Assembly: GCA_003224055.1 (NCBI GenBank)
Contig: QHYE01000060.1
Span: 739-64,738 of the forward strand
Source: Acidobacteriota bacterium
Lineage (GTDB): Bacteria > Acidobacteriota > Terriglobia > Acidiferrales > UBA7541
Length of the DNA: 64,000 bases
Direction of reading: 5' to 3'
The stretch's first letter is position 1. The number at the start of each line of letters is the position of its first letter. Under the pieces are notes generated by a model. That model was not told the DNA's origin, did no database searches, and saw only the letters and a program-made list of their open reading frames with translations. This document shows positions 21,850 to 31,818 of the stretch, piece by piece. Position numbers and translations under genes: made by a program.

Positions 21850-23250
21850 ATGAAGAGAATCGCAGTCCTGTCCGCCGTTATTTTCTTTTCTGCTGCTGCC
21901 TCGGCACAGCAAGCTCCCCCGGCCGAGCCGAAGAAAGACGTGCCCGCCACCCAATCTTCAGTCGCAGCGTCGGAAGAAACGCGCATGAAGACTCTCGAGG
22001 ATCAGGTGCGCACGCTGGCCGAGCAAGTAACCTTGCTCCGAGGCGAGCTGAAAGCGATGCGCGACGCGAGATCCGTTGAACCGCGCTCCGAAGAACCCAT
22101 TCTGCTTACGGCTGCACACGTCGCACCGGGCATTTTGGCTCCCTCCGCGCCCGCCGCCGTCCCAGCTTCGCCTGAGCCTGCCCTACCGCAGGCCACTCAG
22201 ACTCAGATTTTTGGAGGCGCCTCGTCCAACGCCAAACTCCTCAACCCGGACATCAGCCTGATTGGTGACTTCATCGGCGCCGCGGGACGCAACAACGTTT
22301 CTCCCTCGCCCTCGCTCGAATTGCACGAATCCGAAGTCGGCCTGCAAGCCATCATCGATCCCTACGCGCGCGCCGACGCTTTCATTTCCTTTGGCGAAAC
22401 CGGCGTAAACGTCGAAGAAGCCTATGTGACCTTCACCTCTCTTCCCGCCGGGCTTCTTCTGAAAGTCGGCAAAATGCGCGCGGAGTTTGGCAAGGTCAAC
22501 ACCATTCACAACCACGCCCTGTCATTTATCGATCGGCCGCTCGTGACCAACAATCTTGTCGGCGGCGAAGACGGTATCGATGACGCCGGCTTCTCCCTGT
22601 CGCGTTTCTTGCCCGCGCCGAAAGACTGGTTTTTCCAAGGGACGGCCCAGGTTTTCCGCGGCGATTCCGACGATCTGTTCCAGGCTAGGCGCCGCCAGGA
22701 CCTCAGCGTTGTTGGCCACCTCCGCGCTTACCGCGATCTCAGCGAATCCACCAATCTCGATCTCGGCGTTTCCTACGCTCGCGGCCACAACAATGCCGGT
22801 GTCGGCACCACTTTCGATCCTTCTAGATTTCTCACCAATCTCTACAGCGTCGACGCCACACTCCGTTGGAAACCCCTGCGTCGCGCCATTTATCACTCCT
22901 TCTTATTCCGCAATGAATTTTTCTGGAGCGCGCGCGACCAGGTTTCTCCCGCCACTGTTTTCCAGACCGAGCATGCCTTCGGCCTCTATTCCGACGCCGA
23001 ATACCGCGCCAACCGCCGCTGGACCATCGGCGGCCGCTTTGACCGCAGCGGTCACGCCGCCAACGCAAATCTGACGGATACCGGCTTTTCCGCTATCCTC
23101 ACCTACTGGCCCAGCGAGTTCAGCCAGATCCGCGGCCAGTACCGCTTCGGGCATCTCGCCGATCCGGTCACAACCAATTATTCGAACGCCAACGAATTCT
23201 TGTTTCAATTTCTCTTTGTGATGGGTGCGCATGGCGCGCATCCGTTCTAA
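21850..23250 (+). CDS. Outer-membrane porin/receptor associated with metal ABC uptake
   Basis: Signal peptide, coiled coil, NPDISLIGD, GKVNTIHNH, ends GAHGAHPF; GAGGAG RBS. Confidence 0.75.
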   Translation: MKRIAVLSAVIFFSAAASAQQAPPAEPKKDVPATQSSVAASEETRMKTLEDQVRTLAEQVTLLRGELKAMRDARSVEPRSEEPILLTAAHVAPGILAPSAPAAVPASPEPALPQATQTQIFGGASSNAKLLNPDISLIGDFIGAAGRNNVSPSPSLELHESEVGLQAIIDPYARADAFISFGETGVNVEEAYVTFTSLPAGLLLKVGKMRAEFGKVNTIHNHALSFIDRPLVTNNLVGGEDGIDDAGFSLSRFLPAPKDWFFQGTAQVFRGDSDDLFQARRRQDLSVVGHLRAYRDLSESTNLDLGVSYARGHNNAGVGTTFDPSRFLTNLYSVDATLRWKPLRRAIYHSFLFRNEFFWSARDQVSPATVFQTEHAFGLYSDAEYRANRRWTIGGRFDRSGHAANANLTDTGFSAILTYWPSEFSQIRGQYRFGHLADPVTTNYSNANEFLFQFLFVMGAHGAHPF

Positions 23251-23272
23251 AAGATTTTTCTGGAGACCCTCT

Positions 23273-24232
23273 ATGCAACGCACAACAACTCACACTCGTA
23301 TCAACCGTGTCAGCGCGCTTGCGGCCGCCTTCCTGCTCGTCCTCGCACTCGCCGTTCCGTCTGCGGGCCGCGCCGAAAGCAAACTGCAAATTATGACCGC
23401 CACTACGGACCTCGCCTCCCTGGCCCAAGAAGTCGGCGGCGACAAAGTGGATGTCGAATCCATCGCCCGCGGCTATCAGGACCCGCATTTCGTGGAAGCC
23501 AAGCCTAGTTTTCTGCTCAAGCTGCGCAGAGCCGATCTGCTCATCGTCGTCGGCCTCGAACTCGAGATCGGCTGGCTCCCGCCGCTCATCACGCAATCCA
23601 CTAATCCGAAAATCCAAGTCGGCGCACCCGGCTATCTTGACGCCTCGCGCTTCGCCAAGATCCTCGAAATCCCCACCGGCCAGGTGACTCGCGCCGAAGG
23701 CGACGTCCACCCCCTTGGGAATCCGCATTACTGGCTCGATCCGGAAAACGGTTTGCGCATCGCCAAGGGCATTCAGAACAAGCTCAGCGAGATGCGTCCC
23801 ATTGACTCTGCCTATTTCGCGCAGCGCTACGATTCGTTCGAACAGCGCCTGAAGCAGGCCGACCAACGGTGGCTGGCCGACATGAAGCCCTACGCCGGCC
23901 GCAAGATCGTCACCTATCACCGCTCCTGGCCGAACTTTGCGGAACACTTCGGCTTGAATGTCATTGGATACGTTGAGCCGCGGCCCGGCATTCCTCCCAG
24001 CCCCCAGCACACTGTGGAATTGATCGCGCAGATGAAGCGCGATGGCGTCAAACTCATCATCGTTGAGCCCTACTTCGATCTCAAGACGCCCAACAGTGTC
24101 GCGCGGCAAACCGGCGGTCAGGTCGTCGTTCTCACGCCCTCGGTAGGCGGCGAAAAAGAGATCACCGACTATTTCAAGCTGTTTGATTACGACATTGCTA
24201 AGCTCAAGCAAGCCTTTGATACCGTTCACTGA
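23273..24232 (+). CDS. Zn/Mn ABC transporter substrate-binding protein (ZnuA/TroA family)
   Basis: QDPHF, ADLLIVVGLELE, GDVHPLGNPHYWLDP, YHRSW, EPRPGIPPSP. Confidence 0.92.
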   Translation: MQRTTTHTRINRVSALAAAFLLVLALAVPSAGRAESKLQIMTATTDLASLAQEVGGDKVDVESIARGYQDPHFVEAKPSFLLKLRRADLLIVVGLELEIGWLPPLITQSTNPKIQVGAPGYLDASRFAKILEIPTGQVTRAEGDVHPLGNPHYWLDPENGLRIAKGIQNKLSEMRPIDSAYFAQRYDSFEQRLKQADQRWLADMKPYAGRKIVTYHRSWPNFAEHFGLNVIGYVEPRPGIPPSPQHTVELIAQMKRDGVKLIIVEPYFDLKTPNSVARQTGGQVVVLTPSVGGEKEITDYFKLFDYDIAKLKQAFDTVH

Positions 24233-24296
24233 TTCGAACGTTCCGCTGAACGCGCAAAAAACAGTTTGACGCTCGTTCGAAGGAGATGAAATCGCG

Positions 24297-25157
24297 ATGC
24301 TGGAATTCTTGCTGCCCGCTTTTGTAGCGAGCCTTATTCTTACAGGGATTCATGCCTATCTCGGCGTTCACGTGGTCGAACGGGGCGTCATCTTCGTGGA
24401 CCTAGCGCTCGCGCAGATCGCCGCGCTCGGCGCCACCGTCGCCATCGTTGCCGGCATGGACCCCCACGGCCGAGGCGCCTACTGGATCAGCCTGGGGTTT
24501 ACGTTCCTCGGGGCCGCGATCTTCGCGCTCGCGCGCAGCCGCCGCGGCCACATTCCCCAGGAAGCCTTTATCGGCATCGCTTACGCTGTTGCTTCCGCCG
24601 GCGCAATTCTTCTGATGAGCAAGGCGACCGGCGAAACCGAGCACCTGAAAGACATGCTCGTCGGCAATATCCTCGCCGTCTCCTGGGCCGAAGTGAAAAA
24701 AACCGCCATTCTCTATGGTGCCGTCGGCATCTTCCACTATATCTTCCGCAAAAAATTCCTGGCCATCTCCATGAATCACGCAAAAGCTGAGCAAGCGGGC
24801 CTCAACGTGCGCTTCTGGGATTTTCTCTTTTACGCTTCGTTTGGTTTTGTCGTGACGTCTTCCGTCGCCATCGCCGGCGTCTTGCTGGTTTTCTGCTATC
24901 TTATCGTCCCCAGCGTCGGCGCTATGCTCTTTGCGGACCGCATCGGCGCGCGCCTGGCTATCGGCTGGACCATGGGCACGCTAGTTTCCGCTCTCGGCGT
25001 CTATCTCTCCGCCCAAATCGACTTGCCCACGGGCGCCACCATCGTTGTCACGTTTGGCGGCGTCCTCATCATAATGTTCCTGGTCCACCTGCTTCTGCAT
25101 CACGGCCGCGAAGCTCGCCAGCTCGAAGGCGCAGCGGCTGCCCAGCGCGAAATCTAG
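24297..25157 (+). CDS. Metal ABC transporter permease (ZnuB/ABC-3 family)
   Basis: Multi-[46 protein letters not shown]. Confidence 0.9.
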   Translation: MLEFLLPAFVASLILTGIHAYLGVHVVERGVIFVDLALAQIAALGATVAIVAGMDPHGRGAYWISLGFTFLGAAIFALARSRRGHIPQEAFIGIAYAVASAGAILLMSKATGETEHLKDMLVGNILAVSWAEVKKTAILYGAVGIFHYIFRKKFLAISMNHAKAEQAGLNVRFWDFLFYASFGFVVTSSVAIAGVLLVFCYLIVPSVGAMLFADRIGARLAIGWTMGTLVSALGVYLSAQIDLPTGATIVVTFGGVLIIMFLVHLLLHHGREARQLEGAAAAQREI

Positions 25158-25200
25158 GATTCGCGCGCTCGATCAAACTCTTCGTCGTATTTTTTCGCTG

Positions 25201-25776
25201 CTATTTCGCGGGCTGCGCCGTCGGCGGCAAAATCCCGTTCAACCGCAAATAAATCGCCTGCGTCGCATAGTGGTCGGTCCAACTGCCACCCAGCGCCACC
25301 AGCGCCCCTCCCCGCGAAATCGGCCGGTTGCCGAACAACACGAATTGCTCCCCCAGTTTCGAATCGTCCACCTTCGCCAGCGCCGCCGTGCAAAACGCAA
25401 AGGAGTCCTTCACCGCCGCCACCAGCTTGTCCTTCGCATCCGTCTCCGCAATCTTCACGTCCGGCGCCGTCTGCCCGGAAATCTTCGCACAGAACGTATT
25501 GTTCGATTGCGCGATGTGCATCACCAGGTGCCCGAACGAATTCATCTCTGGCGAAGGCTTGAAGCCATACTTCTCCGCCGGCATCGCTTCGGCTGCCGCC
25601 ACCATGTTCTTCTCATATCGCCCCACTCCCGCTTTCACAAAGCCACTCACCGGATTCGACACCGGCGACAGGTCTGGCGGCGGACTCGCCGCTGGTGCCG
25701 CCTGCTGCGCAAACGCACTGCCCGCCGCCATAAACACCGCCATCACCGCAACCAGCAAACTCACGCGTGTTGTCAT
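25201..25776 (-). CDS. Secreted DinB-family protein
   Basis: Signal peptide; [28 protein letters not shown]...HY...[11 protein letters not shown]. Confidence 0.85.
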   Translation of the reverse strand: MTTRVSLLVAVMAVFMAAGSAFAQQAAPAASPPPDLSPVSNPVSGFVKAGVGRYEKNMVAAAEAMPAEKYGFKPSPEMNSFGHLVMHIAQSNNTFCAKISGQTAPDVKIAETDAKDKLVAAVKDSFAFCTAALAKVDDSKLGEQFVLFGNRPISRGGALVALGGSWTDHYATQAIYLRLNGILPPTAQPAK

Positions 25777-25923
25777 TTTTTCCTCCCGGCAAAATCCGCT
25801 CGAAAAGCATACGCCCTCCACAACTCTCCAACAAGCGTCACCTGCGCCCAGCCATTTTTCGGTTCACGGTGCCACTCCTATTTCCATTTCTTTGGAAACA
25901 TTTTCGCTCACGCCGCGTCTCTA

Positions 25924-25941
25924 CCTATAGCTATCTATAGG
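25924..25941. promoter_or_regulatory. Putative PadR operator
   Basis: Perfect inverted repeat CCTATAG-N4-CTATAGG immediately upstream of the padR ATG. Confidence 0.6.
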
Positions 25942-25947
25942 AGCTCT

Positions 25948-26280
25948 ATGCTCAAGCCCAAAAACGACCTTCTCCAGGGCACCCTCGCCCTCCTGGTCCT
26001 CAAGACCCTCGCTCGCGGGCCCATGCACGGCTACGGCATCACTCTTCACATCCAGCAGGTTTCCGAAGACATCCTCCGCGTCGAAGAAGGTTCCCTCTAC
26101 CCCGCCCTCCACCGCATGGAACAGGACGGCTGGGTCAGCGCCGAGTGGGGCATGTCGGAAAACAATCGCCGCGCTCGCTACTATCGCCTCACTGCCGCGG
26201 GCCGTAAGCAGCTCGCCGCGGAAGAACTCGACTGGCAACGCCTCACGCAAGCCGTCGCCCACGTTCTCAAGTTCGCTTGA
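25948..26280 (+). CDS. PadR-family transcriptional regulator (acidobacterial type)
   Basis: [22 protein letters not shown]...[14 protein letters not shown]...[11 protein letters not shown]. Confidence 0.93.
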   Translation: MLKPKNDLLQGTLALLVLKTLARGPMHGYGITLHIQQVSEDILRVEEGSLYPALHRMEQDGWVSAEWGMSENNRRARYYRLTAAGRKQLAAEELDWQRLTQAVAHVLKFA

Positions 26281-26303
26281 GCGGCACGAAAGGAAGGTGC
26301 ACC

Positions 26304-28970
26304 GTGTCCTGGATCACTCGCCTGCGAGGCATGTTACGAAGGGAACGCTTGGATCACGACCTCGACGAAGAGCTGCGTTCGCACATCGAGATGCGCGCCG
26401 CCGATAACCTCGCCGCCGGCATGTCCCCTGAAGCGGCGCGCTACGAAGCGCAAAAGCGCTTCGGCAACACCGCGCTCCTCAAGGAAGACACTCGCAACAC
26501 CGACATCGTCGGCTGGGTGGACGTGGCCGCTCGCGATTTTCGTTACGCGCTGCGCATGCTGCAGCGCAGCCCCGGCTTCACCGCCGTCGCCGTTCTCACT
26601 CTCGCCCTCGGCATCGGCGCGAACACCGCGATTTTCTCCGCCATCAACTCCGTTCTTCTTCGCCCGCTTCCGTATCACGATCCGGGCAGCCTGGTGATGG
26701 TCTGGGAAACCAATTCGCAGCACCCCAAGCCCCACAACACCGTCTCTCCGCCGAATTTCCTCGATTGGCAAACCCGCAACACAGCTTTCTCAGACATGGC
26801 TTACATCGCCGACGTGCGCAACAATCTCACCGGAAATGGCGACCCCGAGGAGGTCGTCGTCCAGGCCGTCTCCGCCAATTTCTTTTCCGTGCTCGGAGTC
26901 AATCCACTCCTCGGCACCGGGTTCACCCCGGAAAATGGCCAAGCCGGTCACGACAACGTCGTCATTCTAAGTTACGGCCTTTGGAAGGATCGCTTCGCCG
27001 GCGATTCCGCCATTGTTGGCAAATCCATTCTTCTCAATGGAAAACCCCGGGCCGTCGTCGGCGTCGCGCCCCAAAATTTCAATTGGTTCATCAAGGACGG
27101 CTCGCTCACCGGCGCAAAGCCTCGCCTGTGGTCGCCCTTCGTGTTTAAGCAGTCGTTTCACGATCACAAACAAATCGGCCGCTTCCTGACCGTGGCTGCG
27201 CGCTTAAAGCCCGGCGTCACCCATGCGCAGGCGCAGGCCGAAATGACCGCCATCGCCGCCCAGCTCGAACACGAGTATCCCGATTTTGACGGGCATTGGG
27301 GAGTCAACGTCGTGCCGCTGCGCCAGCAGATTTCCGGCGAACTCCGTCCTGTTCTGCTGATCTTGTTCGGCGCCGTAGCTTTCGTCCTCCTGATCGCCTG
27401 CGCGAATGTTTCCAGCCTGCTTCTCGCCCGCGCGGCCAGCCGCGAACGTGAGATGGCCATTCGAACGGCCATCGGCGCAAGCCGCTGGCGCATCGCGCGT
27501 CAACTCCTAATGGAAAGTTTACTGCTCGCCGTGATCGGCGGAGGAATCGGCGTCGCGCTCACCGTGCTTGGCACGAATGCACTCCTCGCCGCGAGCCCGC
27601 ATAATCTTCTCGACCTCCCGTCCGTCTCGATCGATCTGCGACTCTTGACGTTTGCCGCTGCCGCCACCTTGTTGGCGGGCTTGCTCTTCGGCTTTCTTCC
27701 CTCCTATGTATCCGCGCATTCGCAGATCTCCCAAACGCTAAGAGAAGGTGGCCGCGGTTCGTCCACCGGCGAACGCCGCCGCTTCGCAAGGAGCGCCTTC
27801 GTCGTCGCGCAATTGAGCCTCGCGCTCGTCCTTCTCGCCGGCTCCGGTTTGCTGATTCGCAGCTTTGTGCGCCTCGTCGGCGTCCATCCGGGCTTTGATA
27901 CCGCTCACCTCTTGACCTTCAAGGTCTCCCTTCCGCAGTCCAAGTACGCCACGGACAAATTGTGCATGGCATTTTTCCAGCAGTTGCTTGCACGCATCGG
28001 CGCCGTTCCCGGAGTCCGCTCCGTCACCATGGAAAACTATCCGCCACTGACCGGTTTGGGTGCCGCCACCGGCGTCCACCTTCTCAACCAGCCGCAGGTA
28101 GCGCTGATGGATCTTCCCGTGGCGAACGTCCGCGTCGTCGGCCCTGAATATTTCTCCACGATGAGCATCCCTTTGCGTGTCGGCCGTCTTTTCAGTGAAC
28201 AGGAAATGGCGGAGGAAAAGCATGTCGCCCTCATCAACCAGGCTTTCGCGGACAAATATTTGAACGGCGTCAATCCCCTCGGCCAGAAAGCCGTCATCTA
28301 TATGAAGAGCCTGGCGGAGTCCGGCAATCAGCCGTCGGAAATCATCGGCGTGGTCGGCGATGTTCGCCAGATGGGGCTCGACGTCGCCGCGGAGCCCACC
28401 GTTTACTGGCCCATGCCCGAGCTCGTCTATTCGGGAATGACGATTCTGGTGCGCACTTCCAGCGATCCTTTGTCCGTGGTTTCCGCCATCCACAACGAGC
28501 TTCAGCAATTGGACCGCGAACAGCCCATGGCCTCCATCGCCACCATGGACCAGCTTCTCGCCGATTCGCTTTCCCGTGCGCGCTTTACCATGCTGCTTCT
28601 GGGAATTTTTGCCGCCGTCGCTCTGCTGCTTGCCGCCGTGGGCATCTACGGCCTGATCGCCTACAGCGTCACGCAGCGCACCCAGGAACTCGGCATCCGC
28701 ATCGCCCTCGGCGCGCAGCGCCGCGATGTCCTCCGCCTCGTCCTGCGTCACGGAACCCGTTTGACGCTGCTCGGCCTCGCACTGGGAATTGCCGCCGCCC
28801 TGGCGATCACGCGCCTCTTGGCCAGCCTGCTTTTCGGCATCAGCGCCACGGACCCGCTCACTTTCGCCGGTGTCGCCGCCTTGCTCGCGTTCGTCGCCCT
28901 GCTGGCCTGCTTCATCCCCGCCCGCCGCGCCACCCGCGTCGACCCCATCGTAGCCCTCCGCTACGAATAG
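26304..28970 (+). CDS. ADOP-family duplicated ABC permease (MacB/FtsX-like)
   Basis: DLDEELRSH, PGFTAVAVLTLALGIGANTAIFS, LLIACANV, ELGIRIALGA, RVDPIVALRYE. GTG start. Confidence 0.93.
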   Translation: MSWITRLRGMLRRERLDHDLDEELRSHIEMRAADNLAAGMSPEAARYEAQKRFGNTALLKEDTRNTDIVGWVDVAARDFRYALRMLQRSPGFTAVAVLTLALGIGANTAIFSAINSVLLRPLPYHDPGSLVMVWETNSQHPKPHNTVSPPNFLDWQTRNTAFSDMAYIADVRNNLTGNGDPEEVVVQAVSANFFSVLGVNPLLGTGFTPENGQAGHDNVVILSYGLWKDRFAGDSAIVGKSILLNGKPRAVVGVAPQNFNWFIKDGSLTGAKPRLWSPFVFKQSFHDHKQIGRFLTVAARLKPGVTHAQAQAEMTAIAAQLEHEYPDFDGHWGVNVVPLRQQISGELRPVLLILFGAVAFVLLIACANVSSLLLARAASREREMAIRTAIGASRWRIARQLLMESLLLAVIGGGIGVALTVLGTNALLAASPHNLLDLPSVSIDLRLLTFAAAATLLAGLLFGFLPSYVSAHSQISQTLREGGRGSSTGERRRFARSAFVVAQLSLALVLLAGSGLLIRSFVRLVGVHPGFDTAHLLTFKVSLPQSKYATDKLCMAFFQQLLARIGAVPGVRSVTMENYPPLTGLGAATGVHLLNQPQVALMDLPVANVRVVGPEYFSTMSIPLRVGRLFSEQEMAEEKHVALINQAFADKYLNGVNPLGQKAVIYMKSLAESGNQPSEIIGVVGDVRQMGLDVAAEPTVYWPMPELVYSGMTILVRTSSDPLSVVSAIHNELQQLDREQPMASIATMDQLLADSLSRARFTMLLLGIFAAVALLLAAVGIYGLIAYSVTQRTQELGIRIALGAQRRDVLRLVLRHGTRLTLLGLALGIAAALAITRLLASLLFGISATDPLTFAGVAALLAFVALLACFIPARRATRVDPIVALRYE

Positions 28971-28987
28971 TGTAGGAAGGTTCTCAC

Positions 28988-29099
28988 GTAGCGCCGGGCT
29001 TTCCCCCGGTGAGTGGGGGGTCCCGACGATTTGTGTCGGGAAGCCCGGCATCTTGCTTCTCGCAGGTGTAGTGGCCGGTCTTCAGACCGGTGCTTCTCT
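28988..29099. repeat. Cluster of GTAG REP-like palindromes
   Basis: GTAGCGCCGGGCTTTCCCCCGG; CCCGAC...GTCGGG; TGTAGTGGCCGGTCTTCAGACCGG (near-identical copy at 32574). Confidence 0.7.
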
Positions 29100-29119
29100 C
29101 TTTGTCGTACTTGTGCTGC

Positions 29120-30193
29120 TCACCCCAAATTCTTCAGCGTTTTCTCAATCAACCCAGCCGTCCCCGCATACGGATCCCCCGGGCTGTCCCACTCCATAGA
29201 AAAATAACCCTTGTACTCATGCTTTTTCGCAATCCCAAACGTTCGCGCCAAATCCACATGCGCGATTTTGTCCTTCCCGTCGCCCACTTCCATTTCCTTC
29301 ACATGGGAAATGTTGTACGCGTGACCGAACATCGCATCGATTCCCCGGTACGCATACTCCTCTTCATACGCCGCCAGCGTATTCGCAAAGTCCGGCAGCG
29401 CATGCAGCCATGGGCTGTTCACCTTCTCAATCACCTTCACCAGGAAGAACGGATCTTCGCTGACGGGATTGTCGTTCTCCAGGTTAACCACCACGTTCTT
29501 CGCCGCCCCGTATTCCGCCACGCGCTTTACGCTCTCGACCGTTCTTTCCAGGTCCGGCTTCGAATCCTTCGCACGTGGAATGTTCGTCCGCACGCTCGGC
29601 GAACCGATCGCCACCGCCGCATCAATCCACTGTTTGCTGAACGCCACCGCACGTTCCCGTTCCGCCCCGTCCGCTGCATACGGGCTGTTCTCGCCGTCCA
29701 CCGCCATGTTCACAATCGCCCCGCCCGCTTTCGCCACCGCCGCGCGCAGCTCCTCGAGGTACGCCTTATCGAGCGAACGGAAATGCTCGCTCCACGGTTC
29801 AATCTTCTTGATATTGAATTTGGCGCTGACGTGCGCCGCGAAATCCTTCAACTCCATCTTCCCGCTGCCACCCCTCCGCGAAGCGGAGGCCCCGTTAACA
29901 ATGTCTCCTCCCGCCCCGCCGGTATTTTGCTGTTGACCGTCGTTTTTTTCTCCCCGCCCGAGAATAAAATCCCGAAACGGATAAGACGCAATCGCAATCC
30001 GCTCCCGCGCCGCCGTAGGAAACTGCATCGCCGGGGAGGCTGCGTGGAACTGCAACGCCGTCCCCAACCCCGAATCCACCGCAAAAATATCCTTCAGCCC
30101 CGGCCACACTCCCGCGCAAGCCAGAACCCCCGCTGCCCTGCCGCTGGCCTCCGCCAAAAACCGCCTTCGTGTTGTGCGTGGATTGTTCGCCAA
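29120..30193 (-). CDS. Tat-exported sugar-phosphate isomerase/epimerase (TIM barrel)
   Basis: TRRRFL Tat motif; NLEND, LPDFAN, HVKE, FSMEWD metal ligands. Confidence 0.85.
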   Translation of the reverse strand: MANNPRTTRRRFLAEASGRAAGVLACAGVWPGLKDIFAVDSGLGTALQFHAASPAMQFPTAARERIAIASYPFRDFILGRGEKNDGQQQNTGGAGGDIVNGASASRRGGSGKMELKDFAAHVSAKFNIKKIEPWSEHFRSLDKAYLEELRAAVAKAGGAIVNMAVDGENSPYAADGAERERAVAFSKQWIDAAVAIGSPSVRTNIPRAKDSKPDLERTVESVKRVAEYGAAKNVVVNLENDNPVSEDPFFLVKVIEKVNSPWLHALPDFANTLAAYEEEYAYRGIDAMFGHAYNISHVKEMEVGDGKDKIAHVDLARTFGIAKKHEYKGYFSMEWDSPGDPYAGTAGLIEKTLKNLG

Positions 30194-30481
30194 AACCGCG
30201 CCAGTCTAGCAGACTCACCCATCACCCGCCATCCACGCAGTCGTTTGCTCGCCAATTTACCCGCTTCCGGTCATACGCACGGCCGTGGTAGCCTGAACAC
30301 ACCCACCCACAGTTTCCAGCCCAATCTCCCGGCGTCGTATCTTGTAAATTGTTCATTTTCTGTCGTCTAGTGGCTGTGCCACTTCCGGAAGTCCAGATGC
30401 ATCGTACATCGAGGAGGTCAAAGCGTGGGGCCATACGGCAGAAATAACACCCGTCGTCCAGGAAGAAAGGAGACTCGAGCG

Positions 30482-31795
30482 ATGTCCGCCAGAAGGTTCT
30501 TGCGGAAGCTCGTTATCGGCTTTCTCCGCCTCACCGCTGTGGTGCTGGTGAGCGCGGCCTGCGGATATGTTGGCGGTCGCCTCTGGCCTTTGGACTTGAA
30601 TGCACCCCGCTACCCAGCCTTTCCCGCGCCCAGGATCCAGGGGAATCGGTTAGTCGTGCCGTTTTCGCCCGGCGTAGCCTCGGCGGAAGTCGCCGCCTTC
30701 AATGACCAGCTCGAGGCCTTCCTGCATTTTGAGTATTTGCGCGGCCGGGAAGCCCGCAGTGGCAACGACACTTCGCACATTCTGTTGACGGCTTTCGATA
30801 CCCCGAAGGGACCCTCTTACAAGATCTTCATCGTCGGCGACAACGATCTGCTCACCGCCGTCCCGCGCCTCGCGGAACTCGAAGGCCGCAACCTGATCGC
30901 CCACTACGAGCTGAATACCTGGACGGAGAAGGATTTTGCCTACTACCGGCAGCAAAGCCACATGTTCGACGTTGCGTATGGCGTTCCCACGGAGCAGAAG
31001 CTGGAATCCCTCAGTTCCTTTCAACTTCTCCCCGCCCTGGCAAGGTTTCTCGTCTTCAAATCGCAAACCGACAACCGCGTGCTCGACCGAAGCGATGCCG
31101 CTCCCCGCCCTCTAACAAGGGAACAGGCCACACAGCTCGCCTCCGACATTCTTGCCGTCGCGGATTTCTACGCGCTCCCGCTCGACTATTTCCTCGGTGT
31201 CGGCGCCATGGAGAACGATTACATGGATGTTGACGGCGACCTCACTCATGCCGTCTGGAAGAAGCGCGCCCAGCGCGACGACATTATTCTCCGCCGTGGC
31301 CGTAAGCGCGTCATGGTCAGCAACTACGCCATCGGCACTTGGCAAATCACGCGCGAAACGCTCCGTGCCGCCCACCAGCTTTATCTGAAGGACAAGCGGG
31401 ACTATACCAGGCTGCCCGCTCGTCTGCGGCCTCCGCGCGAGCTAAACCTGAATTCCGTGGATGATGCTGTGCTCACCACCTACGCCGGCCTGCTGCTCCG
31501 CGGCCTTCTCGATCATTTCGGCGGCGACGTCGAAAGAGCCACCGGCGCTTACAATGGTGGCGTCAAGGCTCCCAATCCTGCCTACGCCTCCGGCGTGAAA
31601 GGCGTCGCTCAATACGCACGCCGCGTTCTCGAGCATGCCACCGCTCTGGATGACCCATCGGGCAGTACGAAGAATCCTGCGATCGCTCCCTCCCCCGCGC
31701 CCAGTGCCGATAGCAATCCCACACTTGGCACGCCTGCTCCATCTGCGGCGACTGCCCCGCAGGAAAAGCCTCCCTATCGCCGCGCCGACGACTAA
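30482..31795 (+). CDS. Membrane-anchored protein with a C-terminal lytic transglycosylase-like domain
   Basis: N-terminal TM; GAMEND, GTWQIT and AYNGG resemble SLT motifs I-III; AAGGAG RBS. Confidence 0.6.
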   Translation: MSARRFLRKLVIGFLRLTAVVLVSAACGYVGGRLWPLDLNAPRYPAFPAPRIQGNRLVVPFSPGVASAEVAAFNDQLEAFLHFEYLRGREARSGNDTSHILLTAFDTPKGPSYKIFIVGDNDLLTAVPRLAELEGRNLIAHYELNTWTEKDFAYYRQQSHMFDVAYGVPTEQKLESLSSFQLLPALARFLVFKSQTDNRVLDRSDAAPRPLTREQATQLASDILAVADFYALPLDYFLGVGAMENDYMDVDGDLTHAVWKKRAQRDDIILRRGRKRVMVSNYAIGTWQITRETLRAAHQLYLKDKRDYTRLPARLRPPRELNLNSVDDAVLTTYAGLLLRGLLDHFGGDVERATGAYNGGVKAPNPAYASGVKGVAQYARRVLEHATALDDPSGSTKNPAIAPSPAPSADSNPTLGTPAPSAATAPQEKPPYRRADD

Positions 31796-31818
31796 ATCCT
31801 TCCCTTCGCGTCGGCCCG

